Of a stretch of DNA of 64,000 bases, positions 49,814 to 60,378 are shown piece by piece. The number at the start of each line of letters is the position of its first letter. Within the stretch, counting starts at the first letter, position 1. The position numbers and the translations under genes are program-made. The DNA comes from Dehalococcoidia bacterium. Its GTDB lineage: Bacteria > Chloroflexota > Dehalococcoidia > Lucifugimonadales > UBA2962. The notes beneath the pieces were generated by a model. It was not told the origin of the DNA and did no database searches. It worked only from the letters and a program-made list of their open reading frames with translations. The stretch is from positions 1,568,856 through 1,632,855 of the forward strand of contig OZ252295.1 in assembly GCA_965250195.1 (NCBI GenBank). Reading direction: 5' to 3'.

Positions 49814-51747
49814 ATGCGGGCACGGGCTTGGCTCTTAAGGGTGCCAGTAAACTTGAGCAGCTTCCTGATTGTTGGGGTATTGTTCGCAGTTCTCGCGACG
49901 GCCTGCGTGAACCCGAATGACAACGCCACCGCTCGCCTTCAGGCGACAATCTCGGCAATGGAAAACGACGCCACCGCTCGCCTTCAGGCGACAGTCTCGG
50001 CACTGGAAGCAGAATTAGGTAACCGTTCCGACGCACCGTCCCCCAGTCCAACGCCGATTCCTCCCGATCCGACGCCGACTCACACTCCGACGGTAACACC
50101 GAGTCCAACACCCACGGTAAGTCCAACACCCACGGTGACTCCGACTCCCACGCCGTCGCCCACTCCGACGCCACCAGGCCCGACGGTCACTCCCACCTTG
50201 GCCGACACTGTGGATATCGTCGAGCAGTCGGTCGTGCGGATTGTCACAGAAACGGGAACCGGCACGGGCTTCATCGTCGACAGTGATGGGTTCATTGTGA
50301 CCAACGCACACATGGTCGAGAGATACGAAGAGGTCACAGTGGTTCTCGGAGGCAGATTCGAATTTGTTGGCGAGGTAATCGGCCTCGACGAAGAACTGGA
50401 CCTTGCGGTCGTAAAGATAGAAACGAGAACTCCAGTCACAGCACTCAAGATTTCGGACAGCGACCTTGTTCGGCCTGGCTAGGAGGTGCTGGTAATCGGA
50501 TTTCCGCTCGGGTTCTTAGGTAATGAACCGACCGTCACTCAAGGGATCGTGTCGTCCCAACGCACTTTCGGGATCACCGAGTATCTCCAAACCGACGCGG
50601 CTATTAATCCAGGCAACAGCGGTGGCCCAATGATCACGACTGGGGGGCAAGTGGTGGGAGTGGCCTCCGCCAGGGTTATTGGGGACGCTTCTGAACCAAT
50701 CCAAGGCGTGGGTTCGGCGATTTCTAGCAATCAATTGGTGGAGGCCCTCCCGTCCCTAATGGCGGGGGGAATGATCCTTCTAGGCCCGGACGCGTCCGAT
50801 GGCGACACCGAAGTGGCGGGAGAAGATCCTGTTGATACATCTGGGTGGTTAACCTACGTCAATGGACTAACCGGTTACTCGTTCTCGTATCCACCCGGCT
50901 GGGTCATCGATGATGAGGACCTCAACGAAGTTCTGTTCGAAAGCCCGGATTTGGCATTGAGATTCGTCGTATGGGTGTTCGACACGTGGACTGCTGACTA
51001 CCAAGTATTTATGTCAACTCTAGTAGATCAACGAAGAGACGAAACCCCGGGGGTAGAGGTGCTAGAACAAGGCCCTACCAACTCAGCTTCGGGTGACGAA
51101 GGCGAGTTTATCCTTTTCCGAAATCCAGAAAAGGATGGGTTTTGCGAGTTTATCCGTGCCGAATTCATTGTGATCGGATCAATCGACACATTCCAACCAT
51201 CAGGGAATAATTGCACCGATGCTTCAGATTCTGAAGTAGCAGTTTGGTCGGCGGTGTTCTCTTCCTTCGACGTGCCAGACAGCGCATTTGTCGCGGCGAC
51301 CGCTGGCTACACAAATCCAAAGTACGGTTATTCACTGACACTCCCCAGGAGTTGGGATGTGGACGCGGCGAATTTGAACGCCGTAACGGTGGACGCGGAT
51401 GAACAGGAGACGACTGCCGCCGAAATCTATCTATGGACATTTCCGGATTCTTTCGGACTAACGATCGATGACTGGCTGGACCAAACTATCGAATTTAGGA
51501 GGTCTAAAGCGACCTTCGGTTTCAACATCATTGGACAAGCCAATGTGGACTGGATTCCAGGTGTCGACGCCCGGCTCGTGCAGTACGAAAGAGGGGGGGC
51601 TCGGAATTCTGTGACGTTGATGTGACGCTACTAGTGTTCGTTAGAAACGACGTTGCTTATGAGTTCCTGGCGAGTAGCTGTGATGGGGCTGATATGGAGT
51701 TCAGAGATGAGTTGTTCAGTGCCCTGCTCTCAGTCCGGTTTAAGTAG
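49814..51747 (+). pseudogene. Disrupted trypsin-like (HtrA-type) serine protease lipoprotein with two C-terminal PsbP-like repeats
   Basis: Lipobox LATAC, PT linker, TNAH/DLAV/GNSGGP triad; in-frame TAG at 50480-50482; frameshift at G7 51593-51599, with the shifted frame ending at TAG 51745-51747. Confidence 0.8.
49923..49993. repeat. 45-bp-period tandem duplication (ATARLQAT x2)
   Basis: ACGCCACCGCTCGCCTTCAGGCGACA at 49923 and 49968. Confidence 0.85.
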
Positions 51748-52112
51748 TCAATGAAATTGACCCTGGAACGTGCTGAATCTGACCGCTTACTTGCTCCCTC
51801 CCAACTCCCGGCAATTACCACCGGTAAAGCCTGTCAAACGATATACCGTAAGGATCGGATCACTGTCGCCCCATGAACGGCCAGCATGCGCCCCACGGAT
51901 GCCCGGGTCCGTTCCGTAACTACCCTGAGCGGTAGAAAGGCCAAACAACGCGCGCGTAGGTGTCAGAGCCGTTCCGCATACCTCAAGATCGACCTCACCG
52001 ATATTCCTGACTCTCTCTGCGCTTGGCGCTGGCTGATCTCCCCACGGAGTAGGCGCGGCAGACACGGCTGGTCGGCTGCCGGTTGAGCCAGGGCGGCCGG
52101 TTGCTTGCCCGG

Positions 52113-53597
52113 TCACCGTTCGTAGAAGTTAGCGTCCTCGGTGAATCCGTCGATCTGGTCGCCGATCACGCCGGGGAAGACCTCCACCCTAAGCCTCCGG
52201 TCCTCGACGAGACGTAGCAGGATGACCCCCAGCACGTCACCTGAACTCTCGGCCCGCAGATCGCTTGCCAGGGATCGCCTGTCCCAGTACTGGTCACCGT
52301 CGAAGTACTCGATGCTAACCAGCTCGTAGCGGATCAGCCCGGACTCGACGGTGACGTCTGACGGGAATGGGGAGTTTCCCTTGACGCCGAACTGCTTGGG
52401 CTGGCCGTCGAAATCGCCGATCGACACGATGAAGTGCGAGGGGTCAAGGTAGTTGGGCGAGACGGAGAGATGGCCGATCCAGTAGTTGCTTTGATCGAGT
52501 CCGGCATAACCGTTGGTCCCTTCCTGGAACCAGTTGCCGATGAGCCTGCCGTCGATGTCGTGATCGAATTTGCCGCCGATGGGCTCTGCAGTCCTCAGGC
52601 TCTTCGCGGTGATTTGCTGTTGGACCTCGTCAGCAAAGTAGTCGAGCGTGTGCGGGACGTGGATTTTCCACGGCTCCGAGTCGTAGTGGTCTGCGACGAG
52701 CAGTCCGGGGAGAACAACGGCCTGGTCGACGAGGTTGTAGTCGACGTTTTGGGAGTACCAGCCGATGAACTCCCCCGCCTCTACGGAGATGCTGACGGGG
52801 GAGTAGTCACCCCTGTCGGGGGCCTGCGCGGCGACCCTGTCTGACAGGCGGTCTATGTGGATGTAGATGCTTTCGAGGCCGCAGCCGTGATCGATTACGA
52901 GCCTGAAGTCGGCCCACTCGATCAGTTCGTTGTCCGGGCCACCGAAATAGCTCCCGAACATGTGCTGGAGGCTGGTGATGACCCCGTCGCCGGGGGCGTA
53001 GACTTCGATATCGACTTCGTCGTTGTCGAAATCCTGGAAGTACTGGTGGTACACCGGGGTGACGTGGTTCCCGCTCATGAGACCGAGAGGAACGACGACC
53101 GCGGTCTTGTCCAGGTCGACGGGAGGGAACTGGAAAACGGTCGGTGCATCGCACGCGGTTTCGGCCTGCGCTACCGCTACCGCGTCTACGTCCGGCGCTG
53201 CCTCATCGACATCCGGCGCCTCTTCAACTACAGGCCGGGCCTCTGGCGTCGCCAAGACCTCTACAGGCTCCGGAGAGGTCGTGGAAGTCTCTTCGACGAC
53301 CGGGGTTGCGGGCTCGCTTGCCCCATCCGGTGCCTCTTCCACCGTGAGGCCTTCCACCGGCTCCGGTGAGGGTGTCGGCGCGTCTTCATTCGCCGCCCGG
53401 ACATCGGGGGTGACGTCCTGCTCGGGCTGGGCGCTTTCGGCCGGCTCCTGGGCTGTCGTCGGCGTGCCCTCGACGACCGAGCGCACCTCAGGCTCCTCGG
53501 TCGCTATCGATGCCAGGTTGCTGCCGGTGTTCGTACACCCGGCCACGCCGATGATGACCCCGGCCGTGACAAGCGCCACGGCGATGATCGCCTTCAT
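52113..53597 (-). CDS. Secreted/lipoprotein with acidic Pro-rich linker and possible M23-like beta domain
   Basis: Lipobox VAGC; VYAPGDGVI...VIDHG...SIYIH recalls M23/LytM strands. Confidence 0.6.
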   Translation of the reverse strand: MKAIIAVALVTAGVIIGVAGCTNTGSNLASIATEEPEVRSVVEGTPTTAQEPAESAQPEQDVTPDVRAANEDAPTPSPEPVEGLTVEEAPDGASEPATPVVEETSTTSPEPVEVLATPEARPVVEEAPDVDEAAPDVDAVAVAQAETACDAPTVFQFPPVDLDKTAVVVPLGLMSGNHVTPVYHQYFQDFDNDEVDIEVYAPGDGVITSLQHMFGSYFGGPDNELIEWADFRLVIDHGCGLESIYIHIDRLSDRVAAQAPDRGDYSPVSISVEAGEFIGWYSQNVDYNLVDQAVVLPGLLVADHYDSEPWKIHVPHTLDYFADEVQQQITAKSLRTAEPIGGKFDHDIDGRLIGNWFQEGTNGYAGLDQSNYWIGHLSVSPNYLDPSHFIVSIGDFDGQPKQFGVKGNSPFPSDVTVESGLIRYELVSIEYFDGDQYWDRRSLASDLRAESSGDVLGVILLRLVEDRRLRVEVFPGVIGDQIDGFTEDANFYER

Positions 53598-53622
53598 GGT
53601 CTGCGACGAACGATTCGCGCTT

Positions 53623-54099
53623 TCACGTGGCGTCTTTTTGCGGTTCGACCATCTCGACGCCGTACTCCTCTTCCCGATACTCGCGGGTCTTGTTCCAACC
53701 CTTGCTCAGGTAGAAGGCGTTGGCCCGGTCGTTGTCTCGAAAGCTTTCCAAGCTCAGCAAGTCGGAGCGATCAAACAGCTGAGCTTCCACGTGGGCAAGT
53801 AGCACCGTCCCGAGGCCCCTGCGGTGCAGCTTCTCGTCGATGACTAGCAGGTCGATGTGATTGCCGGTCCCCACACCGTAACCGGCGATTCGGTGGCCGA
53901 CCGTTACTACCGATCCCCGTTCGATGGTCTCGGATGTGAAGGTCTCGACCGCGCCGCTACCGATGTAGGCCTCAACGGCGTCCACCCCGAGGAACCCGGA
54001 GTAGCTTGCGCGAATTGTGCGCCGCAGTAGCTCGTTTAACGCGTCCGCACCCGGTTTTTTCGAAGGACGGATACGCGGGTTTGTCTCGTCCGAGGGCAC
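53623..54099 (-). CDS. GNAT N-acetyltransferase
   Basis: HRRGLG and NDRANAFY..GW motifs. Confidence 0.8.
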   Translation of the reverse strand: MPSDETNPRIRPSKKPGADALNELLRRTIRASYSGFLGVDAVEAYIGSGAVETFTSETIERGSVVTVGHRIAGYGVGTGNHIDLLVIDEKLHRRGLGTVLLAHVEAQLFDRSDLLSLESFRDNDRANAFYLSKGWNKTREYREEEYGVEMVEPQKDAT

Positions 54100-54103
54100 C
54101 CGG

Positions 54104-54445
54104 TTAGTCCTCGTCGGGCGCCGGTTTGACCTCGGGCTGGACGGTGAGGGCCTCTGTGCCCCGGTACAGCTCCCACGGCCGATGGGATTCTACGAACGCC
54201 TTGGCCTCTTCCATTGAGCCGATGCCCTTTTCGGCGCGGCCCGGGTCGTAGCTGACGGTCTTGGCGAAGGCGTCGAAGCCGCGCTTAGTCTCCCGCACGC
54301 CGCCGATCTCCGCGACGCCGTCCTCGCCGTAGTCGAGCATTAGTCTCTGTCCCCGACGCTTTTGCTGCCAGTAGAGCTCCAAGTGGCTCACCTCTCTCTG
54401 TTTGCTACGGACCATCGTAACGGTATTGAGGCTCGTGCCGACCAC
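54104..54445 (-). CDS. Small hypothetical protein (start uncertain)
   Basis: Fills the gap in a minus-strand gene run; normal codon pattern. Confidence 0.6.
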   Translation of the reverse strand: MVGTSLNTVTMVRSKQREVSHLELYWQQKRRGQRLMLDYGEDGVAEIGGVRETKRGFDAFAKTVSYDPGRAEKGIGSMEEAKAFVESHRPWELYRGTEALTVQPEVKPAPDED

Positions 54446-54472
54446 TCAACGTTTCGGGAAGTGATCGAAAAA

Positions 54473-55207
54473 CTAGATGGGCACCATCTCGAAGCTGACG
54501 CCGTAGTCGACGCCTATCGCGGCACCCTGGCCTGCCAGGGACATGGTGAGGAAGGTTTCGGGGTCGAAGTCGTTGCCGAGACCCTTTATGTAGAGCGCGT
54601 GGGCCTGGAGCGACGCGACGCCGATGTCGACGTACTCGGTCACGTCCACGGCGTGGGTGGGCAGGTGCGAGCCGGGTAGCAGCACGGACTTTACGCCGTT
54701 CCAGGGCTCTGCGCCTTCCTTCAACAGTTCTGTAAAAATCCACCGGTTGCCCGCGTCTCTAGCCGCATCAAGGGCCGCAAGGCCCACGTTGCGGTGGTCG
54801 GCCATGTTCAGCGGACCGCCCGGCCCGGCCCAGTTGAGGTGGAAGTTGTTGGTGACGATTGCCTCGGGCTTGAATCGGCGGACTGCCCTGGCGATGTCAA
54901 GCCGGAGCCCCAGGCCGTATTCAACGATGCCGTCGGTGTAGTCGAGGAACTCCACGTCGCTCACACCGCAAACGGCCGCGCTGGCACGCTGCTCCGCCTC
55001 GCGGGCGGGACCGGCTTCGGATGGGTCCATGCCGTCGATTCCTGCCTCTCCCCTGGTGATGAGCAGATACCCGACGCGTTTGCCCATCGCGGTCCAGCGG
55101 GCGATGGCGCTGGCGGCGCCGTACTCCAGGTCGTCGGGATGGGCGACGACCGCAAGCACGCTTTCGAACCCCTCATCGAGGGGTGACAGATTACTTTCGG
55201 CGTTCAT
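54473..55207 (-). CDS. PIG-L/LmbE family deacetylase (MshB/Mca/BshB superfamily)
   Basis: AHPDD, TRGEAG, REAEQ and ADH motifs. Confidence 0.85.
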   Translation of the reverse strand: MNAESNLSPLDEGFESVLAVVAHPDDLEYGAASAIARWTAMGKRVGYLLITRGEAGIDGMDPSEAGPAREAEQRASAAVCGVSDVEFLDYTDGIVEYGLGLRLDIARAVRRFKPEAIVTNNFHLNWAGPGGPLNMADHRNVGLAALDAARDAGNRWIFTELLKEGAEPWNGVKSVLLPGSHLPTHAVDVTEYVDIGVASLQAHALYIKGLGNDFDPETFLTMSLAGQGAAIGVDYGVSFEMVPI

Positions 55208-55310
55208 TGATCTCTCCTCATTTCGCCGGTGGAGCCGGCTGCGAGCAGCCGGGAGTATAGCAGCGCGGGCACTGGGCTATTATTGCGCGATACGCGAGGG
55301 AGGTTTGCCG

Positions 55311-56216
55311 ATGAGCGGACTGTGGCCGGGCGACACCCGGTGTGTTGTAGTGCTGGGATTCGACATTGACGGGCAGGCGGGCGCGATTTACGGTTTCCCG
55401 GAGACGGCCGCACTTCCGGGCACGATGTCCCAGCGCGAGTACGGACCGGCGGTGGGGACGGCCCGGATCCTGGACCTGCTTGCCAGGTATGGGTTGCGCT
55501 CGACCTTCTTCATCCCGGCGTTCGTCGCCGAGACGCATGAAAGCATGGTGCGGCAGATCGTGGATCAGGGCCACGAGGTCGGCCATCACGGCTATATGCA
55601 CGAGCCCCCGGCCAGCCTGACCAGAGACCAGGAAGCGCGCATGTTGGACAGGTCGTCGGCAGTGCTGGAGCGCCTTACCGGCGCGGCGCCAAGAGGCTAC
55701 CGGTCGCCGCTGTGGGACCTGTCGTCTCACTCTATCGACCTGCTGATCGAGCGCGGCTTTCTCTACGACTCCAGCCTGTTCGGCGACGACGCCCCGTACT
55801 GGCTTGAACCCGGTTCCGGATTGGGATCGGGGTCTGGATCGGGGTCTGGGTCAGGAAAGATCGTAGAAATTCCCGTGCACTGGGAGCTGGACGACTACCC
55901 GTTTTTCGAGTTCTCACCGGCCATGGGCGTGATGCCGGTGGCCGCCAGCCCGGACCAGGTGTTCGAGGTCTGGTCTGCCGCATTCGATGGACTCTATCGG
56001 CTCAAGCGCACCTTCGTCCTAGCAATGCACCCGTTCGTCATCGGCAGGCCGGGGCGGCTGCGCATGCTGGAGCGGCTGATCCGCTACATGAAGGGGTTCC
56101 CCGGCGTGCAGTTTGCTACCTGCGAGGAGCTGGCCGGAATGGTCGATCCCGATTTCCCCACGGTCAACCAGACGACGGTAGATCTACCGGGCGACTGGGA
56201 TATGCGCCTTGGCTAG
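55311..56216 (+). CDS. Polysaccharide deacetylase, PuuE/PgdA-like (CE4)
   Basis: FDID, REYG, TFFIP, HEVGHHGYMH, GYRSP and MHP motifs; GGGAGG SD before ATG 55311. Confidence 0.85.
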   Translation: MSGLWPGDTRCVVVLGFDIDGQAGAIYGFPETAALPGTMSQREYGPAVGTARILDLLARYGLRSTFFIPAFVAETHESMVRQIVDQGHEVGHHGYMHEPPASLTRDQEARMLDRSSAVLERLTGAAPRGYRSPLWDLSSHSIDLLIERGFLYDSSLFGDDAPYWLEPGSGLGSGSGSGSGSGKIVEIPVHWELDDYPFFEFSPAMGVMPVAASPDQVFEVWSAAFDGLYRLKRTFVLAMHPFVIGRPGRLRMLERLIRYMKGFPGVQFATCEELAGMVDPDFPTVNQTTVDLPGDWDMRLG

Positions 56217-56225
56217 CGGGAAGCG

Positions 56226-56846
56226 TCACTCACCGACGATGGGGGGCTCCGCGTCTCCACGTTGCACGACGAGTCTCGGCCTGCTCACTCTCGGCACTGA
56301 GAACGACGGCATGACTATGGAACCCAGACCAGAACTGAGCGCCGTTCGCACCCGGCTCAGCCGCCAGATGAGCAGTACGACCGAGAGCAGGAGGGCGCTC
56401 GATCCGCCGTAGAACGCGACCAGGATTACCCATTTAAATATGGCCCAGTCGGTGCCCTCTTGCGCTTCCTTGAACTCCGGTACTATCCCGCCGACGGCCA
56501 CGAAGCCGCCAACAGCCACGATGCCCAACCGGGCTGACCAGGCCAGCAGGTTCCGCCCGCCGCCGCTGTCCCTCACGGCTCCGACAAGGGAGGCACCGGC
56601 AATGAACGCGCCCAATAGCGCGAGGAGGAACGGAGACAGGGCAACAGCGCCGTCCGGCGCCGCGTTGGCGTAGGCCGAGAACCAGAAGATGAGCCCGACG
56701 AAGGCGAAGGCGGCCGCAGTCAGGCCGACCGCCAGCATGATCGCGTCGGCCGTGAGCGTGAAAAAGCCCCCGTTGGACGGCGAACTCTGATCCTGTGTGG
56801 AGTCCTGCATGTTTGCCCGCTCCCGTACCGTAACCACCGGCGCCAT
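56226..56846 (-). CDS. Four-TM hypothetical membrane protein
   Basis: Four hydrophobic segments. Confidence 0.6.
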   Translation of the reverse strand: MAPVVTVRERANMQDSTQDQSSPSNGGFFTLTADAIMLAVGLTAAAFAFVGLIFWFSAYANAAPDGAVALSPFLLALLGAFIAGASLVGAVRDSGGGRNLLAWSARLGIVAVGGFVAVGGIVPEFKEAQEGTDWAIFKWVILVAFYGGSSALLLSVVLLIWRLSRVRTALSSGLGSIVMPSFSVPRVSRPRLVVQRGDAEPPIVGE

Positions 56847-56952
56847 TTTTCCATATCCTTCCTCGGCCCACCAAGCGAAAAGCGCACCATCGCTACTTCA
56901 ATGGATGAATTGACGGGCCGAAAGGCCGCACATAAGATCGGAGCGCTTTTAC

Positions 56953-58026
56953 ATGACCATTTCCGTTAAACCATCGCCCGCGTCCAGCGGCCAGGTCCAG
57001 ACCGTGCTCGGACCGGTCGCGCCCCGGTCACTGGGCCGCACGTCCATGCACGAGCACCTGCTCGCGAGCCTGGATTGCTATTTTTCCGTTCCCGACGAGG
57101 CCTCTGAGCGCTCGTACATTGAGCGGCCTATGTCTATCGACCTGCTCGGCGGACTCCCCGGGCGGTGGAGCCACCACCGCGACTCGATGAACCTCATCGA
57201 TGAGAGGGTAACCATCGAAGAGGCCAGCGAATGGCGATTGAGCGGCGGCGGCACCATCGTCGATGCAACGAGTCTTGGCATCGCCCGTGATCCCCTGGGC
57301 CTGGCCCGGATCTCTCGCGCCACCGGCCTGAACGTGGTGATGGGCGCCGGATACTACGTGCCCACGTCCCACCCGGACGACATGGACCGGATTTCGGAGG
57401 ACGAGATTACGGAGCACATCGTCCGGGACGTGACCGAGGGAGTGGGCGACACTGGGGTCAGGAGCGGCATCATCGGGGAGATCGGCTGCGTGTACCCATT
57501 GCCCGAAAACGTGCTGAAGTCGGTGCGTGCCGCGGGCCGAGCCCAGGCCGAGACCGGCGCTCCTATTCTCATGCACCCAGGACACAGGCAGACGGCCCCG
57601 GCCGAGATACTGGAAATACTCGTCAAGGCCGGTGCCACGCCCGGTAATGTCGTGCTCGGCCACCTCGACGTGCGAATTGTGGACAAAGCCGTGCTGGCCG
57701 ATCTGGCCAAGGCGGGCACGTTTTTGGAGTTCGACACGTTTGGCCTGGAAGAAGGGGCGTACGGGGGAGACCCGACGGCCATCCCCATGCTCAACGATGT
57801 GCAGCGCCTCGATCTGCTCGAATTCCTGCTCGGTCTGGGCCATCGCGACCAGATCGTGATCGCTCACGATGTCTGTTTCCGCTGGCGCCTGGGCCGGTTC
57901 GGGGGCAACGGCTACGGCCACATCCTGACCAACATGGTGCCGAGAATGCGGGCCCGTGGCTTTACCAGCGAGGATATCGACGCGATCCTGGTGCACAACC
58001 CTGCAAGAGCATTGGCCTTCGCCTAG
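56953..58026 (+). CDS. Phosphotriesterase-family protein (PHP/PTE-like)
   Basis: VQTVLG, HEH, GEIG, GHLD and AHD...NPARAL motifs. Confidence 0.88.
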   Translation: MTISVKPSPASSGQVQTVLGPVAPRSLGRTSMHEHLLASLDCYFSVPDEASERSYIERPMSIDLLGGLPGRWSHHRDSMNLIDERVTIEEASEWRLSGGGTIVDATSLGIARDPLGLARISRATGLNVVMGAGYYVPTSHPDDMDRISEDEITEHIVRDVTEGVGDTGVRSGIIGEIGCVYPLPENVLKSVRAAGRAQAETGAPILMHPGHRQTAPAEILEILVKAGATPGNVVLGHLDVRIVDKAVLADLAKAGTFLEFDTFGLEEGAYGGDPTAIPMLNDVQRLDLLEFLLGLGHRDQIVIAHDVCFRWRLGRFGGNGYGHILTNMVPRMRARGFTSEDIDAILVHNPARALAFA

Positions 58027-58028
58027 AC

Positions 58029-60365
58029 ATGGTTTCTCCAGACAAGATCACGGACGCAGAACTCACGGGAGCACTGCCCGACGTCGAGACCGACGTCACG
58101 GTGGACGGCCTGACGGCGACGGTGACGATTACTCGCGACGGTCTTGGCATTCCCCACGTCGGCGCCGCCAACACGCCGGACGCATTTTTCGGACAGGGCT
58201 TTGCCACGGCGCAGGACCGCCTCTGGCACATGGACTACGACCGCATGAAGGCCTACGGGCGCTGGGCGGAGTTCGCCGGCCCGCCCGGAGTTCCGAGCGA
58301 CCTGTTGATGCGACGGATGCAGGTGCAGGCCGCCGTAATACGGGACTATCAAGAACTGGGCGACGCGGCCACGGAGATGCTCGATGCCTACGCGGCCGGG
58401 GTCAACGCATTCGTCGCTTCTACGGCCACGTTGCCATTGGAGTACGGGCTGGTGGACGCCGAGCCGGAACTCTGGCGGCCGTGGGACTGCCTGGCGGTGT
58501 ACTTCATGCGCCACGTGATGATGGGCGGTTTCGAGGGCAAATTGTGGCGGGCCGAGCTGGTCAACGCCCTGGGCCCCGACCGGGCGGCGGAGCTTTACAA
58601 GAGCTACCAGCCCGGCCACCTGTTGCTGGTGCCGCCCGGCATGGAGTACTCGGGCGAGTACGCCGACGGAGGCGATATTTTTCGGGAGCTTGCCGAAACG
58701 GTGCGAAACCTCACCGAACCGGACGCCGGCTCCAATAGCTGGGCCCTGACGCCGGAGCGAACGACGACCGGCGCCCCGCTGATCGCCGGGGACCCGCACC
58801 GGGGCCTGGACGTGCCCAACGTCTACTACCAGAACCACATGTCCTGCCCGGATTTCGATGTGATCGGCTTGTCGTTCCCCGGCTGTCCCGGCTTCCCCCA
58901 CTTCGGGCACAACGCCCGCGTGGCCTGGTGCGTCACCCACGCTATGGCCGACTACCAGGACCTGTACGTGGAGCGCTTCAACCCGAACAACCCCTTCGAA
59001 TATGAGTTCAATGGTGAATGGCGTGCCGCCCAGGTAGTACCCGAGACGATCAAGGTCCGGGGCGAAAGCGACATAAACATTGAGGTGGTCGCGACCGAGC
59101 ACGGCCCGGTGGTTGCGGGAGACCGGCGGGAGGGCACCGCGCTGACGCTGAAGTACACGGCGCTGGACGCCCCGAACCCGTTCGCCAATGCCCTACGCGA
59201 GATGCTGAATGTGACCTCGGTAGAAAGTATGGACGAGGCCATGCGCCCCTGGGTGGACCCCTGCAACAACTTCATGTTCGCCGATGTTGACGGGGGCGTC
59301 AGGTATCTGAACCGCGGGCGCATGCCAATACGGGCCGATGCCAATTTCTGGCTGCCGGTGCCGGGCTGGACGGGCGAGCACGAGTGGACCGGGTTCATAG
59401 CTCACGACGAATTGCCTCGCGTCACCGACCCCGAAGGGGGCGTGATAGTCACCGCCAACCAGAAGATCGTAGGCTCCGAGTTCCCGTACATGCTCTCCCT
59501 CGATTACTCGCCCGGCTACAGGGCCCGCCGCATCTATGACCGGCTGGCCGCTCACGAGCGGATGAGCCCGGCGGAGGCCGCCGCCGTGCACGCCGAGCGG
59601 GTCTCGGTCCCGGCCACGGTTTATTGCCGCTTGCTCGCGGGCGTCCCCGCGCGCGACGACCGCTTCGAGGCGGCGCGGGCGATGCTCACGGCATGGGACG
59701 GGGCGATGGAGCGCGACCGGACCGAGCCGACGATATATTCGGCGATGCGCCTGCACTTGAACCGGCGGTTGGCCGAGCACTGTCTTGGTGCGCTGGCGGG
59801 TGAGGCGATCGACGCGGCAGGCCGGGGTATTCCCGCGCACCTGCGCCAGTTCGAAGCGCTGCTCGTGGCTCACGCCGACGCCGACGATACGTCGCTGTTG
59901 CCCCCGGGCCTGGACTGGACGACCGCGCTGGGGGACGGCCTCGCAGCCGGGATCGATTATCTGGCTGAGCGCCTGGGAGACAACCCGGGAAAATGGGTGT
60001 GGGGATCGGTTCATGGCACCAGGCCCGTGCACACGCTGTCCCCTTCGTTCCCCCAACTGGCTAGCCAGTTGGATCCGCCGTCAGTGGCGATGGGAGGCGA
60101 CGGCGACACGCCTCAGGCCGGGTTCTTCGCTCCCGGTGACCCGTTCACGATGATGTCGATGTCGGTGGCTCGCTACCTGTTTGACCCGTCCAACTGGGAC
60201 GAGTCCAAGTGGATAGTCCCGCTGGGCGCCTCGGGTCACCCCGGTAGCCCCCACTACGCCGACCAGCTGCCGACCTGGGCCGAGGTGGAGATGGTGCCGA
60301 TGACCTACAGCGCCGACGCGGTCCGGTCGTCAGCCCGCACCACGCAGACCCTCAAGCCGCACTAG
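58029..60365 (+). CDS. Penicillin acylase / AHL-acylase family Ntn hydrolase
   Basis: RDGLGIPH, AQDRLW, GSNSW autocleavage site, GDPH and GASGHPGSPHYADQ. Confidence 0.9.
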   Translation: MVSPDKITDAELTGALPDVETDVTVDGLTATVTITRDGLGIPHVGAANTPDAFFGQGFATAQDRLWHMDYDRMKAYGRWAEFAGPPGVPSDLLMRRMQVQAAVIRDYQELGDAATEMLDAYAAGVNAFVASTATLPLEYGLVDAEPELWRPWDCLAVYFMRHVMMGGFEGKLWRAELVNALGPDRAAELYKSYQPGHLLLVPPGMEYSGEYADGGDIFRELAETVRNLTEPDAGSNSWALTPERTTTGAPLIAGDPHRGLDVPNVYYQNHMSCPDFDVIGLSFPGCPGFPHFGHNARVAWCVTHAMADYQDLYVERFNPNNPFEYEFNGEWRAAQVVPETIKVRGESDINIEVVATEHGPVVAGDRREGTALTLKYTALDAPNPFANALREMLNVTSVESMDEAMRPWVDPCNNFMFADVDGGVRYLNRGRMPIRADANFWLPVPGWTGEHEWTGFIAHDELPRVTDPEGGVIVTANQKIVGSEFPYMLSLDYSPGYRARRIYDRLAAHERMSPAEAAAVHAERVSVPATVYCRLLAGVPARDDRFEAARAMLTAWDGAMERDRTEPTIYSAMRLHLNRRLAEHCLGALAGEAIDAAGRGIPAHLRQFEALLVAHADADDTSLLPPGLDWTTALGDGLAAGIDYLAERLGDNPGKWVWGSVHGTRPVHTLSPSFPQLASQLDPPSVAMGGDGDTPQAGFFAPGDPFTMMSMSVARYLFDPSNWDESKWIVPLGASGHPGSPHYADQLPTWAEVEMVPMTYSADAVRSSARTTQTLKPH

Positions 60366-60378
60366 AGGCAACACCGTT

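Noticed and set aside
50036..50200. Pro-Thr repeat as a DNA repeat element
   Set aside because: It is an ordinary low-complexity protein linker with varied codons
50480..50482. Pyrrolysine recoding or a genome-wide reassigned TAG
   Set aside because: TAG ends many genes in this window, the position is not catalytic, and the same gene also has a frameshift
51750..52112. Small genes or an attR site after the protease pseudogene
   Set aside because: The ORFs are unconvincing and I saw no copy of the tRNA-Pro 3' end
54473..55207. Calling the PIG-L protein mshB
   Set aside because: Only superfamily motifs are visible and it lies 30 kb from the mshA-like gene; the ortholog cannot be assigned by eye
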